Origin: Myxococcota bacterium
Lineage (GTDB): Bacteria; Myxococcota_C; UBA6777
Reading direction: 5' to 3'
NCBI GenBank assembly: GCA_023150835.1
Contig: JAKLKB010000035.1
Span: forward strand, 1 to 64,000
DNA: 64,000 bases
Every line of letters begins with the position of its first letter. Within the stretch, counting starts at the first letter, position 1. Position numbers and translations under genes: made by a program. Of this stretch, positions 8,807 through 19,500 are shown piece after piece. Under the pieces are notes generated by a model, which saw nothing but the letters and a program-made list of their open reading frames with translations, was not told where the DNA came from and did no database searches.

Positions 8807-10821
8807 TTATTCTTTTAACAGGCCGATGCGGTCGGCCAGATCGTTGGTGAGGATGCCCGCTGGATCGAGTTGGCTTTTGAGAGAGCGCAACTGTCGTAGG
8901 CGATCCGCAGGAAAAGAGCGTTTGAATTGGTTTTCTGTCAAGAGGCCGTCTTTGGCGAAATAAAATCGCCCGCCGTGTTGGAGGACGACTTCGGTCATCT
9001 CGTGGGCGAGTCGATGGAGTCGGCGTTGGTTGCGTTCGCGGACGGGGTAGTCGAGCGCAAAGCTGTATCCGTCCACGTTGTAGGACATCAAGAAAGGATC
9101 GGGGAGGTGTTTTTTGAGGACGGCCAAAAAAGGCGGGATTCCCGCTTTTTGTGACAAAAGGATCTGTTGCTCGAAGACTTGTCGTGCGGCAGCTTTGGGG
9201 ACAAAGGTTTGGTATTGGATCAGGCCGCCCGGTTGGTAACTTTTTTGCCATCCCGGGACGTAATCCAGCAAGAAGTTGAATCCAGCGTGGCTTTGTCGGT
9301 ACGGTGGGCGCGAGGCTTCGCGGCGGTCTGCGTAAAACTTGGCGGTGTTGACCAACCGCATCCCGGGCCGATGCAAGAACATCCACAGCCCCATCCACAG
9401 CATCGATTTGGGGACAACGCCGAGGAACACTTCGGGGAGTTCTTGGTAAGAGAGTTTGAGCGTGTGGTGAGGGCGCTTGTCTTCGCCTTCTTGGAGGTTG
9501 CGTGCGACGTGCAAGGTTCCTCGCCCCAACTGAAAGCCGGGCGCAAGCGCATCGACCCAGCCCACAAGGTAATCTTGATCGAGGTGTGCTTCCATCACGT
9601 CGATCATCTCTTGGATCGAGCGTGTCGAAAAGGTTTCGACCAAGACTTCGCCGCTGTAGACGCGCTTCATTTGCAATCGAATCCGCGTGATCACCCCCAA
9701 TACTCCGCCTGATCCGATCACTCCATAAAAGACCTCGCGGTGTTGACTCGGCGAACACGTCAACAAGCGCCCATCCCCCGTCAAGACATCGATCTCCAAA
9801 ACATGATCGCCGAGCGTCCCGTATTTGAAGCTGTTCTTTCCGTGTATATTGACGCCCAATCCCCCCCCAAGTGAGGTGCGCATCGTTCCGCTGACCACAG
9901 GCGGCCACCAACCATCTTCGAGCGTGTAGTGCCACAGATCCACAATGCGCACCCCCGGCTCAACATCGATCACTCCGTTGCTCGGATCCCACGCCAAGAC
10001 CCGTCGCATCCGCGTCAAATCCAACAACACACGATCTTGGCCGATACTGGCGTCTCCATAACTTTGTCCGCTTCCGCGCAACGTGATCTTGACCCCTTCT
10101 TCGTGGGCTCGCTCAAGGATCCTCTGCGCTTGCTCCACAGTCGTTGGGCGCGTCGCATACATATCCGCACCATGCGACATCCCCCATCCGCGCACCCGCT
10201 CCATCCGCGATGACAACACCAAACCACCGCTCAATAATGCTTGCTGCATCTCCCCTCCTTCCTCTGGACTCTGCATCTCCCCTCCTTCCTCTGGACTCTG
10301 CATCTCCCCTCCTTCCTCTGAACTCTGCATCTCCCCTTCTTCCGCTGAACTCTGCATCTGCGCAATTTTCGTCTCTTCGTCTGGCTCGTTTGCCTCCGTA
10401 TGCTCGGAGTGTGTTGTGGGTTCTTTTGGGGCGGTGGGTTGCGAAACGGGAGATTCCTGCGGGTCGTCGTACGAAGTGTGAAACTCGCGCTGGTCGTTTT
10501 CCGTGTTTTCCGTGTTTTCCGTGTTTTCCGTGTTTTCCGTGTTTTCCGTGTTTTCCGTGTTTTCCGTGTTTTCCGTGTTTTCCGTGTTTTCCGTGTTTTC
10601 CGTGTTTTCCGTGTTTTCCGTGTTTTCCCCGTGTTTTCCGTGTTTTCCGTGTTTTCCGTGTTTTCCGTGGGCTCTTTTGAGGCGGGATGGATGGGGGCGG
10701 AGTGGTTGAGTTGGCGGAGTTGGGCGTCGACTTCTTCGACGGCGCGGGCGAGAAGTTCTTCTTGTGTTTTTTGGGATGGTGGGTTTTTGGGGGGTGATTT
10801 TTTCTTTCGAGAAGCAGCCAT
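8807..10821 (-). CDS. DprE1-like FAD-linked oxidoreductase with long disordered N-terminus; apparent frameshift at ~10627-10628
   Basis: [37 protein letters not shown] 10821 has an AAAGGA RBS, but two extra bases in the 9-bp repeat shift the frame. The catalytic part is intact in ORF 8807..10918. Confidence 0.8.
10244..10341. repeat. 27-bp coding tandem repeat (MQSxEEGGE, ~4 copies)
   Basis: CTGCATCTCCCCTCCTTCCTCTGGACT-like units. Confidence 0.85.
10501..10664. repeat. 9-bp VNTR (CCGTGTTTT): 14 units + CC + 4 units, encoding ENT repeats
   Basis: Counted directly; interrupted by CC at 10627-10628. Confidence 0.95.
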
Positions 10822-10866
10822 GAGGTGATCCTTTTGGGCGAGAGGCGAAGGTGTCGAGGGGGTGGG

Positions 10867-11637
10867 TTAGAAGGACATCTTGCGAAACAGGAAGCTGGGG
10901 ATTTGGCGGATGATCCACATGATCGGTCGCCAGATGCCGGGGACGTAGACGATGTTTCGGCGAGCGTGGATGGATTTGGCGATGCGCATGGCGGCTTGGT
11001 GAGGTTCGAGGATAAAGGGTTGGTTTTTGAGGTGAGCGGTCATGGGAGTACGGACGGGGCCGGGTTTAACGGTGAGGACGTGGACATCGTGAGGGGCGAG
11101 TCGATTGCGGAGGGATTCGAGGTAGGTGTCAAGAGCGGCCTTGGAAGCGGCGTATACGGTGTTTCCGCGTCGTCCACGATCACCTGCGACCGAGCCGATA
11201 CCGACGATGGTTCCGCGTTTGGTTTGGGAAAAGCGTTTGGCGGCTTCGTTGAGCCAAGCGATGGCTCCAAGGAGATTGATCTCGATGATCGATTGATCTT
11301 TGGTGAAGTCGAATTCATCGGGTGCGAGGGTGGGCATGATACCAGCGGCGTAGACGACGAGTTCAAGGCCGGGGGCTTGTTGGGAGATTTGTTGGAAGAG
11401 AGCGGGGATCTCGGCGTAGTGGGTGGTGTCGTGTGGGAAAGGAAAAGCGATGGGATCGGTGTGGCCTTGGTTGATCTCGGCAGCGAGTTTGCGCAACAGC
11501 TCGATGCGACGGGCGACGAGAGCGACGGCGTAGCCTTCTTTGGCGAGGTGACGGGCCAAGGCTTCTCCGATCCCTGAGGAAGCTCCGACAATCAACGCGA
11601 CGGGGCGAGCAGCGCGCAACAGTGTTCCACTTGTCAT
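10867..11637 (-). CDS. Short-chain dehydrogenase/reductase, DprE2-like
   Basis: GASSGIG, SVAGDRGR, YAASK, KPGPVRTPMT; directly upstream of the DprE1-like gene; GGAG RBS before ATG 11637. Confidence 0.85.
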   Translation of the reverse strand: MTSGTLLRAARPVALIVGASSGIGEALARHLAKEGYAVALVARRIELLRKLAAEINQGHTDPIAFPFPHDTTHYAEIPALFQQISQQAPGLELVVYAAGIMPTLAPDEFDFTKDQSIIEINLLGAIAWLNEAAKRFSQTKRGTIVGIGSVAGDRGRRGNTVYAASKAALDTYLESLRNRLAPHDVHVLTVKPGPVRTPMTAHLKNQPFILEPHQAAMRIAKSIHARRNIVYVPGIWRPIMWIIRQIPSFLFRKMSF

Positions 11638-11759
11638 CCGAATCTCCGATACGTAGGGGTTGATCAGGGTGATCCTTTGATCAAAAGGCATTGCTTTAAC
11701 ACAAACCGCACAAACAAGGGAGGGGCTTTTTCTTTGCTTGCTACGCAAGTCTTTTCATC

Positions 11760-11788
11760 TTGACGGCGGTGGTTGATTTTTCTATCAT
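11760..11788 (+). promoter_or_regulatory. Putative sigma70 promoter
   Basis: TTGACG-17 nt-TATCAT upstream of the CDS at 11868. Confidence 0.6.
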
Positions 11789-11867
11789 CGCCAGACACGC
11801 ACCAAGAGTTGAAGCGTTTCGGATATTTGTTGATACGAGGGGTCTTCCCAAAACAAAGGAGGGTACG

Positions 11868-12704
11868 ATGTTGCTTCGTTGGTTGGGTGGTTTGGTGATC
11901 GTGATCGGGTTGCTTTTGGGGGGTGGAAGGGTTGCGCACGCGCAAGAGGATTGCGGGATCACGGGGTACACACAACAGGCTTGCCATGCGGAGTTTGTGC
12001 CGACGCGTCAGATGTTGGGTGGGGGAGTGCAGCAGTTGGTGTATCGCTCGAATGATGGGGCGATGGCGATTTATCGGGCGATTCCGCACAGTATGGTGGC
12101 CAATTATGCCGATCCGTTCAAGACATTGATCGATCAGGCGCGGGATACGTTTATGAAAGATTGGCAATCCACGCCGAGAGAGATGTGGGTGAAAACAGTC
12201 GAGGGGATCGACTCTTTTGTGATGGCGTTCCCGGGGCAGCGTTTTGTTGCGGTGACACCTGTTCGTGCGGGATTTTTGATCGGGGCCTTTCAGATCCCGA
12301 GCCAAACAAGCCCGCTGTTTGTGTACCTCAAGCAAGAAAGACTGGCTCCGCGTGCGAATCCCCCGCAAATCAGCCATATCAGGCCGCGTTATCCGATGCA
12401 AGCCTCAGGTGGTTCTCAAGATTCGGGGAGTACGCAAGTCCCGGAAACGGGGGCTTTGTGGCGTTGCGATTCACAAGGGACGTACAAGATCTGCGAGAGA
12501 AGCAGCGGCTCGGCATGGGAGCGGAATTGTCGGAGTCGGACTTCGTCGGCTGTGGGTTTTGGGGCGTCTCGTTTGATGGCGCAGACCAAGGCGAATGGCA
12601 GTTGTTCGCATCACATGACGAAGATGATCTTAATTTCGAATATCGGTGGTGGGGGCTATCGGGTGTCGGGGTGCCGTGCGATCTCTTGTCGGCGCGTGCG
12701 CTAA
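11868..12704 (+). CDS. Secreted hypothetical protein with Cys-rich C-terminal domain
   Basis: AAAGGAGG RBS; signal peptide ending AHA|QE; six Cys in the C-terminal ~80 aa. Confidence 0.7.
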   Translation: MLLRWLGGLVIVIGLLLGGGRVAHAQEDCGITGYTQQACHAEFVPTRQMLGGGVQQLVYRSNDGAMAIYRAIPHSMVANYADPFKTLIDQARDTFMKDWQSTPREMWVKTVEGIDSFVMAFPGQRFVAVTPVRAGFLIGAFQIPSQTSPLFVYLKQERLAPRANPPQISHIRPRYPMQASGGSQDSGSTQVPETGALWRCDSQGTYKICERSSGSAWERNCRSRTSSAVGFGASRLMAQTKANGSCSHHMTKMILISNIGGGGYRVSGCRAISCRRVR

Positions 12705-12720
12705 GGTCGGTGTGGGGGGG

Positions 12721-13770
12721 TTAGCGGATGCGGGTATCTTCGACGACGCGGCCATCGACGAGGCGGATCAAGCGGTCTGCGCGTTCGGCAAAGTAAGTGT
12801 CGTGAGTGACCATAAGGAAGGCTTTTTGGGTGGTGAGGTTTAATTCGCGCATCAAGTTGAAGACGATCTCACCGCTCTTGCTGTCAAGGTTTCCCGTCGG
12901 TTCGTCGGCGAGAACCAAGACAGGATCGTTGGCGAGAGCGCGCAAGATCGCGACGCGCTGTTGTTGCCCGCCCGAAAGCTGGCTTGGTCGGTGAGAGATG
13001 CGTTCTTTGAGGCCGATCAATCCGAGTAGTTCGGTCATGCGGTGTCGGTTGGCCTCTTCAAAAGAGCGGCCACGCAAACGGCAGGGGATCAGGACGTTTT
13101 CGAGGACGTTGTATTCGGGGAGGAGGTAGTGAAATTGGAAGATAAAGCCGAGAAAGTCGCGGCGCATGATGGCGCGTTCATCTTCGGAGAGCGAGGCGGC
13201 ATCTTTGCCACCCAAGAACACTTCGCCCGAAGTGGGGGTATCCAAGAGGCCCATGAGGTTGAGCAGGGTGGTTTTGCCAGAGCCCGAAGCACCGACGATA
13301 GCGACGAATTCACCCGGCATGACGCGCAGATTGATATCAAAAAGAACTTGGGTGGTGACTTCGCCAAAAAAGCTCTTGTTGATGCCGCGCAGTTCGAGGA
13401 CAGGCTGGTTGGGATCGAGGCGGTTGCTGGTTTCTTGCCAGAGGGTGGCGAGCTTTTTTTTGACGGCTTCCATGCTCTGATCGCCGTTTGAGACAAAGGG
13501 GCTTAAAGAAGCCTTGGCATCGGGGGATTCGATCGGTTTGCGTGTCCAAAATTGTGGTTTATGGAAAGCCAGTGCATCGGCTTGGATCTCTGGGGTGGAG
13601 GGCGGAGTGGCGTCTTTGGGATCGGGGATCTCGACCTGTTCGAGGAGATCTTCGAGTGAGTCGGCGAGAACGGGGGCAGAAGATGGTGTTGCGGATGAAT
13701 CGGAGTTCGATCGATTGTTTTTGTCGGATGGTCGGGAGTTTTTGGATGGTTTGGATTTGATCTTGCTCAT
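12721..13770 (-). CDS. ABC transporter ATP-binding protein (LolD/MacB-like) with disordered N-terminal extension
   Basis: GASGSGKTT, LSGGQQQRVAI, LADEPTGNLD, VTHD. Confidence 0.92.
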   Translation of the reverse strand: MSKIKSKPSKNSRPSDKNNRSNSDSSATPSSAPVLADSLEDLLEQVEIPDPKDATPPSTPEIQADALAFHKPQFWTRKPIESPDAKASLSPFVSNGDQSMEAVKKKLATLWQETSNRLDPNQPVLELRGINKSFFGEVTTQVLFDINLRVMPGEFVAIVGASGSGKTTLLNLMGLLDTPTSGEVFLGGKDAASLSEDERAIMRRDFLGFIFQFHYLLPEYNVLENVLIPCRLRGRSFEEANRHRMTELLGLIGLKERISHRPSQLSGGQQQRVAILRALANDPVLVLADEPTGNLDSKSGEIVFNLMRELNLTTQKAFLMVTHDTYFAERADRLIRLVDGRVVEDTRIR

Positions 13771-13774
13771 GGTT

Positions 13775-15031
13775 TTAGGCTCCTCGGATCACTTCGATGG
13801 GGTTGACACGCGAGGCTCGCCAAGCGGGGTACAAGGCCGCAAGGAGTCCCACCACCATCGCGATCAAGAAAGCGGTGAGGATGACGCTGGGTTTGACTTC
13901 GACAGAAAAGACACTGACCAAGCGCCCCAAGGTATCGCGGCGTTTAAAGGAAGTGAGGTAGTTTGCGAGGCCCATGCCGACGGCAGTTCCCATACAAGCG
14001 CCCAAGAAAGAGATGATCACGCCTTGAAGAGTGAAGACGCCGATGATCTGGGCGCGGGTGGCTCCCATGGCTTTGAGGATGCCGAGTTCGCGCATCTTGC
14101 TGACAACAGACATGATCAAGATGCTGGCGATCCCCAGTCCTGCGGCGATGGTGGTCAATAGCAGGATGATGTTGGTGGTGACGTTTTGCGACTGCATGGC
14201 GGTTAAGAAGTTTTCGTTGTCTTCCATCCAAGAACGTACCTCGAAAGGCACACGCTGTCGCAGACGGACGGCCAGTCGTTTGGCATGGTAGATCTCGCCG
14301 ATCTTGATGTAAAAGGCGGATATCGCGGTGGATAGGCCAAATAGCGATTGTGCATCGCGCAGCGGGATGTAGGCGGAGCTACGGTCGCGCATACGTGCGC
14401 CTGTGGCAAAGACCCCCGCTACGGTGAATGTGACGCTTTCGGAGTTGGCGTTGACAAGGCGGACTTTGTCGCCGATCTGTACGGAGAGATCATCCGCGAC
14501 ACCGATCCCGATCACGATCTGCCCTGTGTTGAGGCCAAAGAATTTCCCGCCGATCAGCTTGTCTTGGATCTGGATCACTTTGTCGTACTCTTCGGGGACA
14601 ACGCCTGTGATGCTTACGGCGGTAGGAAGGGCACCACGAAACAAAATGGCCTGTTCAGAAACAACGGGAACAACCGCCCGAACCAACGGATCAAAGGAAG
14701 CAAAGCGTTGCTCCCATGTGTTCCAGTTTTCGAGTTTGCGGATCTGATTGGACATCCTGAAGCTTTTGCCGATGTAGAGGGTGGGTTCGCCCTTTTTTTG
14801 GAGGGCGGGGATCTGCCAAGCGGCTTGGGGGATGCGCTCTTCGGGCAGGATCGTGATGTGTGGCATGGACTCCGTGATGGTGGTGGTAATCCGCGATTGG
14901 ATCCCTTCCATCATCGTACTCAAGCCGATGATCAGGGTTACGCTGATCATGACGATCCCCATCGTCAGTAAAGTTTGACCGATATTATGGCGCAGGCTGC
15001 GCAGCGCCATCGACCAAGCAAATCGATTCAT
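13775..15031 (-). CDS. ABC transporter permease (LolC/E/MacB, FtsX-like)
   Basis: ELGILKAMGA, YPAWRASRVNP, four-TM layout. Confidence 0.9.
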   Translation of the reverse strand: MNRFAWSMALRSLRHNIGQTLLTMGIVMISVTLIIGLSTMMEGIQSRITTTITESMPHITILPEERIPQAAWQIPALQKKGEPTLYIGKSFRMSNQIRKLENWNTWEQRFASFDPLVRAVVPVVSEQAILFRGALPTAVSITGVVPEEYDKVIQIQDKLIGGKFFGLNTGQIVIGIGVADDLSVQIGDKVRLVNANSESVTFTVAGVFATGARMRDRSSAYIPLRDAQSLFGLSTAISAFYIKIGEIYHAKRLAVRLRQRVPFEVRSWMEDNENFLTAMQSQNVTTNIILLLTTIAAGLGIASILIMSVVSKMRELGILKAMGATRAQIIGVFTLQGVIISFLGACMGTAVGMGLANYLTSFKRRDTLGRLVSVFSVEVKPSVILTAFLIAMVVGLLAALYPAWRASRVNPIEVIRGA

Positions 15032-15091
15032 CGAAGCCCTCTCTTTTGTGCAAAGACATCGGTAGTTTCGGCGATATGGAGATAGGCTCGA

Positions 15092-16381
15092 TTACCACAT
15101 CCCACGTCCACCTCCTGCTTTGCCTGCTTTGGAGGCTTTTCGGTGATCCGTTTCTCCAGCGTTTTTGATGATCGAAAGCCGTAGGGGTTCGCCTTCGGCG
15201 ATCTGTTGGGCGTCGAGCAGGACAGGGATCTTGTCTGAAAAGTTCTCGATCACGATCCAGTCGGGGTTTTGCCCGCGCAACTGGACACTCAAAAGCCGCG
15301 CTCTTCGGCGATCAACGGTCATGACGTAGGGCTTGTTTTCGCGCATGATCAGGGCTTGGATCGGTAGGCTCAGCGATCCCGGCCAGAGCTTGGTTTGGAT
15401 GCTGACGTCGACGGTGAGGTCGATGCGTGCGAAGTCGGGTGGTTTGACCAGCTTTAAGCGCAAGCCGATCACACCGCGTTTGGCGTCGACTTGGGGGCTA
15501 ATGTGTTCAAGCTCGACCTGAAAGGGTTGTTGCTTGTAAGCGGGGGAGATGGCGATGGCGCGTTGTCCGGGTTGAAGCTGGGCAAGAGTGTTTTCGTCAG
15601 CTTCGGCAAAGATCTCTAAGCTCGATGGATCGGAGATCATAAACAAGGGGGTGCCGATCGCGACTTGCTGTCCGAGGTTGACGAGGCGGCTGACGACTAC
15701 GCCGTCGTATGGGGCGTAGATGATCATCTTGCGGGCTTGTTCTTGGAGCAGCTTGAGGGCGGATTCGGCTTCGGCCACGCGGGCGCGGGCGACTTGGACA
15801 TCTTCGGGGCGGGGGATCTCGTGGAGTTGTTCGAGGCGGGCTTGGGCGGAAAGCACCATCGCTTCGGCTTGTTCTTTGGCAAAGGTCGCTTGATCGCGTT
15901 CGGCGGTGGAGATCGAGTTGCTTTTGAACAGCTTGAGGGCTCGTGCAAGGTCGATCTTGGATTGGCGCAAACGGCTCTTGGCTTGGAGGATATCGGCTTG
16001 GGCTTGGTGGATCTGCGAAGGGAGGGCCTTGCGCTGTGTTTGTAGCAAGACTTGGCGGGCGGTCAGCAGGGCGTTTCGGGCTTGGCTCAAACGATACGGC
16101 AGATCCGATTGGTGCAATGTGACCATCTTTTGGCCGCGTTTGACGGTGTCACCTTCTTCAACCCAGAGCTTTCCGACTTGGGCGATGGATTCGGCGCTGA
16201 GCACGCTCTGGTTTCGAGCGCGCATCTTGCCTGTTGCCACGACAATTGACACCACATCTCGGACTTTTGCGTGGGTCGCAGGCCATCGTTGAGGCGGTCG
16301 CAAGGCCCAGTACAACACAGCGACCACAACAGCCGCGATCCATCCATAACGTCGTATAATTCCATTCTTTCTTTCTGACAT
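15092..16381 (-). CDS. Efflux periplasmic adaptor (HlyD/MacA family)
   Basis: N-terminal TM, VEEGDTVKRGQ, coiled hairpin, IYAPYDGVV. Confidence 0.9.
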   Translation of the reverse strand: MSERKNGIIRRYGWIAAVVVAVLYWALRPPQRWPATHAKVRDVVSIVVATGKMRARNQSVLSAESIAQVGKLWVEEGDTVKRGQKMVTLHQSDLPYRLSQARNALLTARQVLLQTQRKALPSQIHQAQADILQAKSRLRQSKIDLARALKLFKSNSISTAERDQATFAKEQAEAMVLSAQARLEQLHEIPRPEDVQVARARVAEAESALKLLQEQARKMIIYAPYDGVVVSRLVNLGQQVAIGTPLFMISDPSSLEIFAEADENTLAQLQPGQRAIAISPAYKQQPFQVELEHISPQVDAKRGVIGLRLKLVKPPDFARIDLTVDVSIQTKLWPGSLSLPIQALIMRENKPYVMTVDRRRARLLSVQLRGQNPDWIVIENFSDKIPVLLDAQQIAEGEPLRLSIIKNAGETDHRKASKAGKAGGGRGMW

Positions 16382-16541
16382 GCTTCGTTCTCTTTTGTGG
16401 TTGTGCCGTGAGCGGGCTTCGTTTTGCGGAGGGTTTGACCTTCCCAACGACGATTTCTGCGGCACAAACTACTGGACATCGCTTTGGGATACAAGACACC
16501 TGTCAAGGAATGTAGTGTTGTTGTTTGTGCAACAGTGAGGA

Positions 16542-19500
16542 TCAAGGAGAGGCGGGAGTTTGTGTGGAGAGGATCTGTACGGCGCGTTGGAGTTGTGGGT
16601 CGCGGTTGTGGCGCTCGTCGTTGGGGGTGAGAGGGACTAGGACATCAGGGACAGCGGGTCCGTTTTCCATATTTTGGAGGGTGGGGAGCGCCCACCATCC
16701 GCGCAGCGGGACGCCAAAGAGCGAGCCATCGCTGAGACGGACGCGGCGGGTGGAGATCACGCCGCCGTAGGTGGGCATACCGACCAAGGTTCCGAGTTTG
16801 AGGTTTTTGAAGGCATGCGAAAAGATCTCGGCGTTGGAGATGCTGCGTTCGTTGCACAACAGGATCACAGGCTTGGACCAGTAGTAAAAAGGCCGACGGA
16901 AGGCGGGATAGCCTTTGCCCGAGCCGCGCCATTGGGTGATCGCGTGTGGTTTGGGTCGGAACATCGTGAGGATGCGATCGGTGGTCCATCCCCCGCCGTT
17001 GTTGCGAACGTCCAAGACAAGGGCGTCTTTGCCGTAGGCATGGGCAAAAAGATCGCGTTCAAATTGATCGAGGCTTGGTAGGCCCATCGAGCGGATGTGG
17101 GCGTAGGCAAAGCGGCCTTTGCTCCATCGTGTGACGCGGCGGCGATTGCGTTCGACCCATGCTTCATAGCGCTGCGTGATCGCTTGGTGAAACGTGCCGC
17201 CGATGAAGGATACGTCGCGTTGTTTGCCGTCTTTTCCTTGCAATGTGAGCAATATCGGGCGATTGGCGCGCCATCGGAGCAGGCGATAGACGTTTTCGCT
17301 GCTGTGAAGGGGATTTCCGTCGATCGCCAACAAGATGTCGCCTTTGTGAAGTCGTTGACGGTGGTGTGTGGCGGGTCCTTTGGGTCGGATGCGAGCGATC
17401 TTGAGTCCTTGTCCTTGGTGGTTGGGGTCGAAAGATACGCCAAGATCGGCGAGCGGCGTTTGTGGGGCTTGAGAGCGCGGAGACAACACGCCCAGATGGC
17501 TCGCAGCGAGTTCTCCGAGCATCATCAAGAGGATGTCATCGATCCCTTCGGAGGTGACGGCGTCGGGGAGCAGTTTTTTGTAGCGTTCGTAGGTTTTTCG
17601 CCAGTCGATGCCGTGAAATCGGGGATCATAGAACCAGCGATCGAGCCAAGCCCACGCTTCTTTGAGTTTTTGGGCATGAAGGGCCGCAAGGTTCCAGCGG
17701 CGTTCGATCTGGAAACGCACAGGTTGGGCTTTTTTCTTTTTGCGATCCAGCGCAAAGAGTTGTCCTTTGGGGGCCAAAAAATAGAGCGTATGGTCTTTGC
17801 CCCACGCCATCGCATACGCAGGGCCTTGATGGATCTGGACAAGCTTTTTGCCGAAGAGATCGACGGTGTAGATGCCCTTGGAGCGGCCTTTTGCGGCGAG
17901 ATAGAAAGTGTCGCCTGTGGGGGAGGCCAAGATCTGATCGGGGCCTTCGGGGCCGGGGAGATCATTGACGGCGCGCAGACGAAAAGGCAGCCGCTTGAAG
18001 TGGAGTTGGATACGCGGTAAGCGTCCTTCTTTCGGGGGGATGGGGCGAGAGGGAGGGCGGGCGGTTTTGGTTTGTATGGTGGGTGTGGCAGTATTGGTTT
18101 GTATGGTGGGTGTGGCAGTATTGGTTTTGGCGGAGGATGGGGAAGTATTGGTTTGTATGGTGGGTGTGGCAGTATTGGTTTTGGCGGTGGGTGTGGCAGT
18201 ATTGGTTTTGGCGGAGGATGGGGAAGTATTGGTTTTGGCGGAGGATGGGGAAGTATTGGTTTGTATGGTGGGTGTGGCAGTATTGGTTTTGGCGGAGGAT
18301 GGGGAAGTATTGGTTTTGGCGGTGGGTGTGGCGGTTTTGGTTTGGGCGGAGGGGTGCGAAGAGGGTTTTGGGTGCCAAGCGTGGAAAGTTGTGGAGGCTT
18401 TGAGATAAGCCGTTTGGGCTTGGAGTTGTTTTTTGTGTTGTTTTTTCCAGCGTTTGAGGGCGCGTTTGAGGGAGGGGTTGTCGCGTTCGTGGTCGTTGCG
18501 GTTGGGGAAAGCGTAGTGGATCTTGAAGCGATCATCGATGCCACGCGAGAGCCACGCCAAGACGCGACCGTTGTCGGACCAGACGGGAGAAAGGTCGATA
18601 TCGGGGTGACGACTGAGATTGAGTGCAGGGCGCGATCCATCGGCCTTGATCAAAAAGACGTCGGTGTTGGACTCGTCGTCATCGCGCAGAAAGAGCAGCC
18701 ACTTGCCGTCAGGAGACCAGAGGAATTCTTGGAGATTCCAGCCTTTGACGAGGGTGCTTTCTTGTCCGTCAAGGGTGCGCAAGACGAGATCGCCTTGACC
18801 GCGCAAGAAGGCGATCTGTTGGCCTGTGGGAGACCAACGGGGGGATTGTTCGTCGACTTGGGTTTGGAGCGGGTTGAGGCGTCGGAAGGGGATCTGGGCG
18901 GGGTGGCAAGCAAAGAACAGCCGAGGTTGGCCTTTTTGGTCTTTGCAAGTCGAAGCGACGAAGATCGCCTTGTATCCGTCACGATCGGAGGTGAACGCCA
19001 GCAAGCGGCCATCGGGAGACCAAGCGAGGTGTTGTTCGTGAGCAGGAGAGGTGGCGAGTGGACGAGCGATCTTGTCGGGATCTTCGGGTTGGATGATGTA
19101 GATATCGCCGCGTGCGACGAGTGCGATCTCTTTTCCGTTCGGAGAGACGGCGTATTCGGAGAGGGGTCCAGAGAGTAGTTCGCGGCGTTCTTGTGTGTGT
19201 CCGTGATCGCCGTCTGCAAGGAAGTGGATGGGCAGCAGCGTTTTTTTCGCGGTGTCGTAGCGCAACAAGCGATCCCAGTAGGCGAGGACGACGTGCTGTT
19301 TGTTGTAGGCTGCATGGACGCTGCGAAGTCCCGTTTGGGTGAAACGTGTCCATTGAGTTTGCTGTTTTGTGCGCAGATCCATGACCCACAGGTCCATGAT
19401 ATCGCGGGTTTCTTTGCGAAAGACGATGCGGTGTTGATCCAACCAACTGGGCGAGTCACTGGTTTGGCCGAAGGTGAGGCGTTGGAATTGCTTTGTGGAA

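Noticed and set aside
7521-9935. 804-aa minus-strand ORF
   Set aside because: Alternative frame overlapping two better-supported genes and running through REP repeats.
12721-16381. MacAB-like exporter as the RiPP transporter
   Set aside because: Separated from the cluster by unrelated genes; nothing in the sequence links them, though a link is not excluded.
18072-19178. Gly-rich GGCGSIG repeat ORF as a bacteriocin or RiPP precursor
   Set aside because: Antisense reading of the 27-bp repeats inside the tricorn protease gene.
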